From NCBI RefSeq assembly GCF_016433145.1, contig NC_058131.1:610622645-610686644 (forward strand): DNA of 64,000 nucleotides, in the 5' to 3' direction. Each line of letters opens with the position of its first letter. The stretch's first letter is position 1. The notes beneath the pieces are model-generated. The model was not told the origin of the DNA. It did no database searches and saw only the letters and a program-made list of their open reading frames with translations. The position numbers and the translations under genes are program-made. Shown in pieces: positions 1-12,200 of the stretch. Source of the DNA: Gracilinanus agilis. Taxonomy: Eukaryota.

Positions 1-149
1 GCCCCAGGGAGAGCAAAGAGCCACCAGTTTGCTTATGGAAGGGTAAAAATTGGCTCAAATTCAAAGGTCAAAGAATACAAAACTTTGTACTAAGTCGTAT
101 CTTAGTGGCTTAAGAGCTATCCGTGCATTTCTTGATTGGATGAGACAAA

Positions 150-290
150 AAGATTATAAAATAAAATATTTATTTTATGAAATAAAAATATACTTAATTA
201 TATTTGTATATTTTATTATATATTATATTACATAATATATTAGTATATATTATTCTCTCTTATATTACATATTTATATACATATATATTT
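150..290. repeat. TA-rich low-complexity tract
   Basis: Read directly. Confidence 0.8.
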
Positions 291-784
291 ATCCAGGTTA
301 AAGACCTACAGTGAGAGACTTATTTTGCTTCTATTCAATTAACAAACATTTGGTAAGTACTATATACTATCTCTAAAGGCAACTCATTCCTTTTTCACAT
401 AGCTCTGAACTACACAAACACCAACAAACAGAAAAATTTCCTTGTACAAAGAAATACAGAAAAAGATTTGTCCATGAAACTGCAAATTACTATTACATAT
501 GGCTTTTTAAAAAGTTTTTATTTTAGAAAGTATTGATAAATTCATATTAGTTTCAAAGCTGTCCTGTATGTCTCTGAACTATTTTTTTCTGTTTTTCTAT
601 TATTTTAAAATGATTCACTGATACTCTCTTCATTATTTTGTTTTAGCAACATTACCTTTTTGTAAAAGCCTACTTCCATCTCCCATTGCCGAGTTCTTCC
701 TGGAGCTTTTATTTTGGGGAGTGGCCTAGGCTAGCTTCTGTGTCCTCTTGGCCCTGTTCCTGGCTTCTGGACTTCAAAATCAAT

Positions 785-868
785 TCCTTTTCTTTTCTTT
801 TTCCTTTCCCCTCTCCTTCCCTTCTTTTTCCTTCCCTTCCTTTCCCTTTCCTTCCTTCCTTCCTCCAT
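785..868. repeat. Polypyrimidine (CCTTC/CCTTT-type) low-complexity tract
   Basis: Read directly. Confidence 0.85.
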
Positions 869-1971
869 TTCTACTCAAGATTAAAAAGAAGACAATCTTG
901 TATCAAATAAACATAGGCAAAACAAATCCAGATGTTGGCTTTGATCTGAGTTCCTACTGTTGGGCATATGCCCCAAGAAGGATAAAGGCAGATACCAACA
1001 TATTAATAGCAGTACCCTCACCTGGTTCGTATTGATGACTAATATATTGAAAAGTACTTGGGTTTTTGCTCCCCTAGACTGGCCTATGAGAAAAGCTTGT
1101 CTAAGCAGCTTGATCATTCTCAAATATGGAGGGGACCTTGGGTTGAAGTTTTTCAAAACAATCTTTAGTCCTGGGGTAGGGCTATCTGGCTGTTGGTAAT
1201 ACAGAAGTCCTACTTCTCTCCCCACCCTTCTGCTTTCCAAAATCCTACCTGTCACATAGGAGATAAGACATAAGACAAAGCCAGAGAAGACTGCCATTTG
1301 TCACTTTTACTATCTGCCTAACCATGGGCAAGTGATTTTAATTGTCTAAGTTTTGGTTTCTTTGCTTATAAAATGGAATGGCGTAATACTTAGCTTAGTT
1401 ACCTCATAGCACAGCAGGGAAAAATGTTACAAAAGTTGGAGCCAACGTTGCGAAGGCCATTTCCAACCTGAAGCCTTATTGGATCCCCCTTGTGGATACC
1501 TGCCTGTGTCCAGGGGTTAGAGGAAGTCTATCTATCAGGAAGACTGAGCAGGATCTGAGCCTTTGGGGTATGGCTCTGAGGGAGGGACTTCTGGGGACTG
1601 CTCAGGACCCTGATGTGGGTCTCTCCTCAGGGACACAAGAATCCAGGAAAACTGGAATCCTTTGCCTTTGCAGCCTCCAATTTTCTTCTTGTGGGTGAAG
1701 AACCCACTAGGTGTAAGTATATTTCTCCCCCTTTCCCCCCAAATGAGTTTAGCCTTCTTGAGAAAGGCCCCTTGGGCTCCTACTGTCCCCACAGCCCTGA
1801 ATGTGTTCTGTGTGCACTACCTTGTGCCCATCCTGAAACCTTTGTATCACTAAGCTTAATGGACAGTAGAGACCATGTGGGGCCCATGGTAAGTATTCAG
1901 GAAGGGCTTTCTACTGGTAAGAAAAGGGACAAGGAAGGCTCTGACAAATGAGGGGATACAATCAAAGCAGC

Positions 1972-1977
1972 TTTATT
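1972..1977 (-). terminator. SEC31B: Likely SEC31B polyadenylation signal AATAAA (3'UTR about 1.1 kb)
   Basis: Plus-strand TTTATT; first canonical hexamer I found downstream of the stop. Confidence 0.65.
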
Positions 1978-3061
1978 TTACCCTCCAGTATTTCAGTGCA
2001 TCAAACAGCAGAATCCAAAGGGTGAGCCAGAGAAGGAGGCTTGAGGCACATGGTGAGGAGCTTAGAGGAAGAAGAGCCGGAGGACCTTAAGAGCTCCCTA
2101 TCCCTGGGGACTAACCTGTAGAGGACAGAACAAGGGCAAGTCCTCTCTTCTCTTACTCACTCCCCACATCCCAGAGCCCCTGTGATCACAGAATGGAAGC
2201 TCTAACAGTCCCCTGGGCCCACAGGATGCACATCCTGATGATCACCTATGACTACATCACAAGCCATCAGCCCAGAGAGGGGAAAGGAGGCAGTGTGTGG
2301 ACTGAGACCTTGGATTCCTGGGCCCTCGCACAGGCACCCCTGCAGCCCAAGGAATCTGCTCTCTGGAGGAAGGAGGAAAAGGTAACCTGCCTAGCTCAAC
2401 TGCTGAGCGGACTTGATAGAAGAGGTCCTAGTCTCCATTATTCTCTATAGCCTGGTGCCTCCCCCATCCTCCCTCACTGACCAGGGATCTGGACCGAACA
2501 CTAACCAGCTCTTGTCTAACTCCAACAGAACTGGAGAGAGGCTTAAGGAGGAGTGAGGGTGAGAGCAGGGCCACAAAAGAGAGGAGAAAAGAACACTCGT
2601 GGGTGCCTAGAATGCTGGTGGAAAGAGGGTAGAGTAATGCAGAGTCCTTTCTCTTTCACCCTCTTTGAAGGCTGCAGAGGGGATGAGGCTGGGAGACAAT
2701 GGAGTCTAAAGGAATCTAGGATGGGCTGAAGGAGGCAAGCCAAGTAGAAAAGGTAAAGGATGGGATGAGGATCTGCCTTTACAACACACAGCCAAGCCAA
2801 GTCAGCTCTCACACAGGCTGGGGAAGGGGCCTCAGTGCAAGCCCAGCTGGATGGACAGCCATCCAGATCTAGGGATCTAGGACTGGGGGGTCTAGAGACA
2901 CGGGAGAGGAAAAGAGACTATTTTTGGTGTCCCCTTAATTCTGAGGGGGTGGGAGAGGGAAGGTGGGACACATGCCATCTATCCATCCATCACCATCTAT
3001 CTGAGCACCCCATCAGTCCCCCAACCTCTGAAAGAGGGATGGGAGGACACAGTGGCCCATC

Positions 3062-3247
3062 TCATTGTCCCCCTTGAAGCTTGTGGGCAATGGTGAGGAT
3101 GGTCTTCAGGGCAGGCATGAAGCCAGACACCTCACTAAAGCTGCTGCTGCTCACCACCTGGGTGTGCACCACCAGGGCCTGCTCGTAACTACCAGTATCC
3201 ACACATCGGGAGACCTCATGGAGCCCAGCCAGAACGTTGGGAGACAG
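3062..3247 (-). CDS. SEC31B: SEC31B last exon, coding part
   Basis: 186 nt, [12 protein letters not shown]...[19 protein letters not shown]. Confidence 0.96.
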   Translation of the reverse strand: MSPNVLAGLHEVSRCVDTGSYEQALVVHTQVVSSSSFSEVSGFMPALKTILTIAHKLQGGQ

Positions 3248-6200
3248 CTGTGAGGGGACAGAAGGCAACACTGGGTTAGGGTCAGTGGGTTTCAGGGGAG
3301 AATGCTGGCCTTCCCTGTGTGGCTAGGAGATGTAGCTCAAGAAGAAAAAAAGGGGAGGTACCCACCATTCCCTCCTGCAGCTTCTCATACAGGTATTCCA
3401 ATCTCAGGGCCACTTCCTCCAGCTTCCGTTTTGTTTTCTGAAAGTAAGGGAAGAAGATGTATGAGTGTGAGCCTGGCTGGGGGCCAGCATCAGACAGCTC
3501 TTTCATCCACCTTGCTATGGTCAGTCAGTCAGTCAGGGCAGGGCCTGAGCTGGATGTCATCCCTACTGCCCCTGAACAAAGGTGCCACTGTGAGCGACCT
3601 TCTCTCTCTTACCCTCAGGGATTAGCCTTTCCAGAGCATGAAAGGAAGTCAGGGGGCTGAGCAGGGCTCCCATGGCTGGAGGGGGTGATAAGTTGGAGCC
3701 CGTCCTTTGGGGAAGGGGCAGGGCAGGATCTCCCACCTCAAGGTCATACGCACAGGGTCAGAGGCTGACAGGGCACAGCGCTGGAGAAGGGCTTCAAAGC
3801 TGGTCTTGAGTGGCCGGTGCTCTGGGGGGATCTCCTTCTTCCTCACTGGTTCAGGTGGCAGCTGCTGTAGCTGCTGATAAATGAGACAGACAGAGAAGTC
3901 AGATGGTTAGGTCAGTCCAGACAGGACTACAAGACATAAGAGACCAGGCTGTATTAACAGACAAACTGTTTTTATCTCACATTCCCCAAGGACTGACTCC
4001 ATGGTCCCCACAGTGTCACTTTGATCCCTCTGGGAAAAAGGGGGCTCTGGACCAACAGAGAGGGAAGTTAAACTTAAGGTCTCTGTGCGCAGGGGGATTG
4101 GGGGAAGAACCCACCCCTCCCCCAGCCTCCTTCATTCCTCTTACTTGTAGACTAAGCTCTCCTGGAGCTCCTGGGGGAGCCTGACCCATGCCAGAAAGTG
4201 AAGGGCCGGGTGAGCAGGCTTCTCGAGGATTAGGGGGCAGATTCCCGATAGGAGCAGTGATGGGGGCTGGAGGTGTAAACATCTCAGGCAGCTAAAATGA
4301 AGCATACGAAAGGCTGCAGGTCCAGTTAGGAATCTCCTTGGGCTCTTACAGAAATTTGGAGAGTAAAAAGAGTGAGGGTGATTGAAGCAGTGGGTGGATA
4401 AATGAGTTTCTGGTGTGTGTGGGGAAACGAGTTGAACCAGGGTACTTGTGGAGGGGGTGGGCAGAGTGGTATGCATGAGGGGCTAACCTTTGTTCTTTGG
4501 AGGCCTCCCTTGGAAGCTGAGGTATCTCTGCAGGGTTCCCGGAGCCCTGTTGGGGCATGGAGGGATGGACAGGAAGAAAAATAAGGGACTATGGTCCATC
4601 AAGATGAACAGACCTTCCCCTCCCCTGCCAGCTGGAGCCAATACATACAGTTATTCATCTTCAACCATTTCCCCTATGTAACATTCTCTAACCCCACAAG
4701 GCTCCAGATAGTGATAGAAGGTAGACTGCTTCAGAAAGGAGCTTTCTAAAGAAGACCTGACTGATGGGGGAAGCCCTGTGGGAAGGAGACAGGAGGGACA
4801 AAGGAGGAAAAAGAAACTGACCTGTCTGGGGTTCCAGGATGCTGGTGGCTGGCAAAGTTCTAGAAACTGGAGCACCAGGCCCTCCAGAAGGACATGTCAT
4901 AGGGAAACTAATGGGAGGAACCGGAGGTTGGGAGCCAGTGGGGGGCGGTGGGCCAGGCCCAGGGGACCAGGCGGGAAGGGAAGTGGATGGGACCCCTGCT
5001 AGGAAAGTAGAGCCGGGAAATGACACTGTCTGAGAAGCCATTGGCGGAGGTGGCCCAGGGAAAGTCTGGGCACCTGGGAAGCCCACAGGACCGGGGGCCT
5101 GGGTCTGCTGCACTCCCAGCAGCTGTGGCTGAGGCAGAGCTGAAATGGAAATGGGAGAGAGGTCAGGTGACCCTTAGAGCCCTGACCCAGAGAAAGGAGA
5201 ATTAGGACATGAGCCCAGGGATTGTTCAGAGAGGGGAATGGGAGAATGGCACCTGCCATAAGCAGGTCGGAACTCAGCCAGCTTCTCCTAGTTCTTCTCT
5301 ACTCCTATCAACTCACTCACCTGTCCCTACTCTAGGACCTGGTGGGGGAGGTGGAACCAGCCGGGGGCCTGCTGCCCTAGAGTCCCTAGTGGTCTGGGTT
5401 CTGGGGTTCTGATAGGTGCTTGGGTGGGTGAGGGCCAACGGCATCGTTGCTGAGGGCTGAGACATGAAGACCCTTGGTCCTGGGGGTGGAGCTGAGACCT
5501 GTGGAGAGAGGGGGTCCACATATGAAATGGAAGCCAGGTGATTAGGGAGGAGATAGAGAAGAAAACAACTCCCCATTTTCCACTGCTAGAAATGATCTAT
5601 TGCCATTATAAGGCCAGCCAGGAGATGGCTATGTTTATTAATCCAATCTGGGCCTTGGGAGGGGAAGGGTATTCTCTCACTTAGGGGTTCTCAGCACGTC
5701 CCTGATACCCTCGACCTCAAGATCTGAGATCCACTGTTTGAAGGAGTTAGACCTAAAAGGGGCCTGCAGAATGATCCACTCCTTGGTTCACAAATGAGAA
5801 AATTGAGGTGTAGAGTTTAAAAGATTTTCCTAAGGTCATAGGAGGCAAGGAAGCAGAACTGGGATTCTAACCCTGCTCTTCTGTCCCTAAATGCAATGTC
5901 CTTTCCACATATGTGAACCCAGAAGACACACTTCCTCACCTTTCCTATCCCACTTCAAAGAAGGCCTCACCTGGTGAAGGGGCCGGAATCCTGCAGTGTG
6001 GAGCCGGACTCCAAGGCCTCTAGGCTGGGGAGAAGATCTCACAGGGATCCGAGGAAAGGGGAAAGGAGGAGGCTGCTGATTCAGGAGCCCAGGCCCCTGG
6101 GCATGGAAGAGGCGATCTCTCAACTGCTGGACAGGAGGCTGCAATATCAACAACATGGAGAGATAGAACAAAAGCCCAAGCTGACCTGACCTCCTAAGTT

Positions 6201-9200
6201 CATCCATCTTTTCCTCTATCCCTCCCTCAGCCCAACTCTGCAAGGGGATCACTCACTTGAGTACAGTGGCTGGGAAGATAGCTCATGGCAATGGCAAGGC
6301 TGCCCTGCGCTGCCAGTAAGCTGGCATACTGAGTAACTCTGTGGGCTGTGACAGGACCAGAGACTGCCCTTTCTGGGTGCTGGAGCAACTCTGGGCTCTT
6401 ACTAAGAACCATCACCTTCTCCATCAGGTCCTTTGGTGACAAGAAGAAGAAAAAAGATAAGGGTAAGAAGTCCTTCCCTCCTGACTAGCTTCCAGGGATT
6501 CAATATCACAGAGACTTCCCAGGGAGTATGATTGGGGCATGGCCTTCTGACTAAACCCTGATATCTGTGAGGAGGCTATTACCCACAGAAAAAAGTTTGT
6601 TATTCTCTGACTCTGACCACCATCTTCTTCTGTTCAACCTGCTCAGACCCAACCAAAGTCATCCTCTTCCTTCATTCCAACCCTGCCTTGCCCCAAGAAG
6701 GCTCCAAACCCTGAGGGCCTCACTAGTCCCCAAAGTCTATGGTCCTAGCTTTTCTGATCCTGTTGCAGCAGATCCCAGATCATGGCCATCAGTGCCTGTC
6801 TCGGTATCCAATATCCAGGTATCTCATACCTGCAAAGTCATGGGTAAAGAAGTCTGGTGGATTTTCATCCAGCACTCCACCAGCCGCTCCACATTTCCTG
6901 AGCAGATGTAACAGAGGCAGGCTTCAGCAGATAATGTTCCCCCACCTTCCTGCTCTAGGCGGATTCCCAGCATATCTGTAGGGAGAAGGAAGTTTCACTA
7001 ATACTGGAAATCCTAGCTACCTCATCTTGCCTCTCTTCCAGAAGGAAACCTGTTAACCAGATGGCATAGGCTTTATGGCTGGATAGGGAAGCATGGCACA
7101 CCTCAGATATGGAACGGCAGTTAGATAATGATAATAGCCTGCCTCGTTTGACCAGGGAGATGTAGTGAGAAGAAAGGAGGCTCAAGGCAGAAGGGAGAAG
7201 GCTGGGCATACCTACCACAGAGCTCAGGGAAGTCTTGGCGGCCACAATGTGTCAGCAGCAGGGCCAGAGTCTCTTTCCAGTTCTTCAGACTGCATGAACA
7301 TACTACGTTCTTCCACTTCTGCTCCACCATGCAGGCCAGAAACTATTGAAAAGTAGAGAAAAGTTTTCAGCACTGAGGCTTAAGGGCACAGAGGAGTGGG
7401 TGTTGGGAGGAAGGGGTTCCCCACCAGCCCAGTGGCTGGAAAAGACCACGTGCAGGGTACACTGCCCATGCTATACTATTATCACACATGTCCCAAGTCT
7501 GTGTCTCTCCTCCCTGGTGACTGATACATACTGAGGCAATGCTGGACTTCTTCTGGGCAAAGTAGCGCTGCTGAGTTTTCCGCAACAACTTATCCCCACC
7601 AATTCCAGCCAGGATGATGGCATCCGCAAACCTTTCCTCCTTCAGACAGAGTTCCACAGCATGACCCAGTTCTCCCAGCAGCAGAGCCTGGCTTAGCAGC
7701 CCATCAGTGTCTGAAAGGACCAACCTCTTTCAGTCAAATCACAGATCCAGGGCTTTGTTTCACCCCCAACATTCTCTTCATAAACATAGGACCTTGTTCC
7801 CTTTCCCACCAGAACCTTTAACTCGCACCAACCACCACTACATAGAAGACCCCTCACAATGCCCACCAGATCCAAGCCTCCCATTATTCTCCCCTAATAT
7901 ATAAGACCCATAGCTCTCATCCCCTTACCCAGCTACAGAACCTGCAACCTTGATAATTCCCCTTACTTGACTCTCTGCCCAGGTCTCACCCCCCACCCCG
8001 GGGGTGGGCCCAGGAATATTCCAGCTTGGGGAGGGGCCTGTACTTCACTAAAACTGTATATTTCGTGGAAGAGATTATTCAGTTGGTATTAGAACCTCTT
8101 TGTCCCTCTGACAGGAAGGCAGGAGGACTGGGAGAGGACACTACATGCACTAACCAAGCCAGTATCTTCTATTAAGCCCTTCCCACCAGGCAATGGGATG
8201 GACCCACCCTGGAAAATCATCTCAAAGGAAAAGCTCAGACAGTGAGACAAAGCAGGAGAAAAAGTGAAGTTGATGGGAAGTGGAAAGATACTCTTTGTAC
8301 CCAGGAAATGTCTCGCACATGACCTCTGTTCAGAGGTGGCCCCTCCTCTCCCATGCTCCATATGGGAGCATGGGGCTTATTGCCTGGGTTTGCACAAGCC
8401 TGGACACAGTTCTCCCCCAGATGGGGGCACCTTCTGTGACAGGGATCTCCAACGGGGTCATGTTCTGAGGGACAAGCTCATCAAAGAAGGCAGAGGACGC
8501 AGCAGATTCCTCCGAAGAGCGTCTCGAGCCCTGTACCAGGAGGGGGAGGATGGAGAGAGGTGACAACCCAGGGTCTTCGCTCTAGGTCACAGCCTCTTGG
8601 CTAGCTAGGGGAGCCCCTCTGTGAGTCCATTCCCTCATCTATGCCCTCAGAGGAGAGAGTGGGAAGGGAAAGGATGAACAAGCTAAGGCCCAACCCCACC
8701 TTGGGTTCTATAGGCACCTGAGGAGCCAAGTACTGCAGGGAAGGTAGCCCAAAGCCCCAAGACTGCCCTCCCATGTGCCTTGAGAATGTCCCACCACACC
8801 TGCCTGCAGAAGGCTTGTCTGTTCCAGTGGAGGTCACCTCCTTTGGGGTGAAGACTCTCACCTACTTCTGAACCACTCCTCAAACATGTGGCCATCTGCA
8901 GGAAGAGAGCTTTGAGCATCCTCTCAGACTAAGCCCTCTGCCCTCTACTGCACACAAGGACATGGGATAAGAACTGTGGTGAGTGCTGGGGGAAACAATG
9001 GGGCTGCAGGTTATATTCTCAGATGGGCTCACACCCCACTGCCTTGAGGCCTTGCTCCCTCTGTTTGCTCATCAAGACTCCATGAATCTTTTGAGGGACC
9101 TGTCTGGGAACCTTTGGCCATCGTCCTCCAGAGTCTAAGAAAGGAAAAAGGCCCAAGCCCAGGGGACTAGGAAGGAGCCCAGTTTCTGTGTCTCTTCTGA

Positions 9201-12200
9201 CAGATTTTCTTGCTCCCTGAAACTGTCACAGGTCTCTGAATTGGAAAGCAGCTCACCTTCTCGTATAGCTCCTCCTTACTATATCCTAACAGCTTGAGGA
9301 ATTTGATCCTGGATTCCTTTTCCAAAGTGGCCTAGGGAACAGAAGTAAAGTCAGTCAATTAATGATTGGACCTTTCCTGAATCACATTTAACAGGGGATA
9401 TTCCAAAAATTCAAGGTTCTCTGTATTCCTGAAATGGCTTGGGCTGAGGTCTCAAACGACTTATGTGAGCAAAGGCAAAGGCCATCTCTCCTTCAATTTG
9501 GTGTCCTGCCCTGAATGCATAAGAACAGACTTCCCTTTAACTGCCCAGAAACTGAACTCTTTCTGTGCTCTGTTTGACTCCCAAAGGCACTGAGTCCCGT
9601 TTTGTACCTCTCTGTTTCTCAGACCTTGTGTTCTCCACACAGTGCAGGGGGGACTAACCCACTTTCTGCTGCCCTCTGATAGAAGCCGAGCTTCCTTGGT
9701 CTCTTTCCAATCTAGGCTTGCTACAACCTTTCCCTATTTTTCTAACTTGGCTCTTTGCACTTCATTTGATGGTTCTGCTCAGCATGACTCTAACAAGAGC
9801 TCCTCCTGTGGCCCCTTTCTCTTGAGACGCTAACCTACCTAGCTTCAGTTACAACTTAGACTGATGCCTAGTGATCAGTTGTCACCCAAACCAACCTCTG
9901 ATGTCTCGGGAAGACCCAGCTTTTGCTGAAAAAAATCAAGGCCATTCACCATGAGCTCCTTCTTGTTGCCTCTTCCTCATCTCCTATCACTTGGGTGCCT
10001 TCTTTTATTTTTGTCTCCTTCACTTACACTTCACATGATAAGGTAGCCTTGCTCCTTTCCAAGGTTAATCCCTTTACATGTTCAAACAGTCCTATCCCAT
10101 CCTGACTCCTCTGCTAGACCATCCCATGTGTTATTCCCACTCTTTTACTTATTTTCAATCTCTCTCTGTCTCCTGGCTCCTTCCCTACTGTCTACAAACA
10201 TGCCCATGTCTCCCTCATCCTCTCTTGAGCCTTCCATGAACACTTACTAGCATCCTATATCTCTTCTGGCCTTTATAATAACTAAACTCCTCTAAAAGAG
10301 ATGCTTCCATTTTCTCTCCTCACTTTTTTCTTAACCTCTCAAAATCAATCTTTGGATCTTATTCTACCAAAACTGCTCTCTCCAAAGTTACTAATTGTCT
10401 CATAGCTGCCAAATCCAATGGTCTGTCTTCTATTCTCTTCTCTTTGACCTTCTTGCAGCCTTTGATGACATTGATGACTCTTTCCTCTTTGAGCCTCCCT
10501 TCTCTCTAGGTTTTCAGGATACCACTATCTCCTGGTTCTCATCCTACCTATTTGTTATGAGTAATTTATATACTATATGACTGTTCCTTCTCTGTCTCCT
10601 TTGCAGGATCTTCTCCCAGATCATGCTCTCTAACCATAGATGTTCCTCAATGTACTGTCTTTGGGCTCTCGTCTCTTTTCTCTTGATAATGTTATTTGGT
10701 TATCTCATCAGCTTCCATGGATTTAATTACAATCTGTCTCTATGCTGATGATTCTCAACCTACCTAGTCTGACCCAATCTCTTTTCTGATTTTTAATCTT
10801 ACATCTCCAATTACCTGTCAGATATCTCAACAGGGATGTCTAAGTAGACCTCTTAAATTTAAAATGTCCAAAACAGAACTCATTATCTTTCTACCTAAAC
10901 CTTCCCTACCTCTTATCTTTCCTATTATTGTAAAGGGTAGCACTATTCTTAGTTCAGCGATTCCCAAAGTGGGCGCCACCACCCCCTGGTGGGTGCTGCA
11001 GTGATGCAGGGGAGTGGTGATGGCCACAGGTACATTTGGAGGCAGTGAATAACTGTAAAAGGGGGCGGTGATAGTATGTGACAGGGGGCGCTAAGTAATA
11101 TTTTTTCTGGAAAGGGGGCAGTAGGCCAAAAAAGTTTGGGAACCACTGTACTTAGTTCCTCAGGCACAAAACAGAGGAGGAATCCCAAATTCCTATCTTT
11201 CATCTCCCACATCCAATCTATTGCCAAGGCCTACTGATTCCATCTTCACAACATTTCTTAAATGCCTCTCCTCACCTCTGCCATTGTCCTTGCCCTGGTG
11301 CAGGCCCTCCTCAATTCCTGCCTGGACTATTGCATCAGCCTGCTGGTCCTTCCCAACCCCAGTCATTTCTCCATCCCACTGTGATTCAGTCACATCACCC
11401 CACTACTCAATAAACTCCATAGACTGCCCAATGCCTCTAGGAGCAAATGTAAAATGCTATTTGGCATTCCAAGTCCTTCCTAACCTCATTCCCTCCTGCC
11501 TTTCCAGTCTTCTCACATCTTATTCCTCATCATACCCTTTTCAGTCTAGTGACACTGGCCTCTTGGCTATTCTATAAACAAGATCCTCCATCTCTTGGCT
11601 TGGGTTTTGTTTTTTTTTCCTGGCTGTCCCCCATACCTGCAATAGTCTCCCTCTTCTGCTGTGATCATTGACCCCTCTGGATTCCTTTAATTCCCAACTA
11701 AAATCCCTTCTTTTATTGGAAACCTTCCCCAACCCCTCTTAATTCTAGAAACATTCTTTAGTTAATTATTTCCTGTAGCTTGTTTGTACATATTTGTTTG
11801 CTTGTTGTCTCCTTCATTCAATTGTGAGCTCTTTGAGAGCAGGTGTCTTTTGTGTCTTATTGTATCCCAAAACTAATAAATATTTGCTGATTGATTGATT
11901 TCTAGCTCTTGTGCTTTCTCTCCAGAATCCATCCCTATTGGTCTCTAGTTAACATTATTCATCTTGTATAGCCATTTATCTCTGGCCTCTCCACCACTAC
12001 CTTTTCATTCTTTCAGTCATCAAAGTATTGTGTAAAAATATTCTGCATCTGAAGGAAAGACCTGGAATCCTTTTCTCCTGGAATCTTCTGCCTTGCTGTT
12101 CACCTTTCCAGACTCTCCCTGACCCTCCGTCTCTCCTAGCATCTCACCCTCAGTCAATGTGGCAGCTTCTCATTCCCAGATACCAGTCTATGCCTAGTTC

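Noticed and set aside
881-1297. 138-aa minus-strand ORF downstream of SEC31B
   Set aside because: No homology recognised, no exon structure, beyond the likely poly(A) site; expected by chance.
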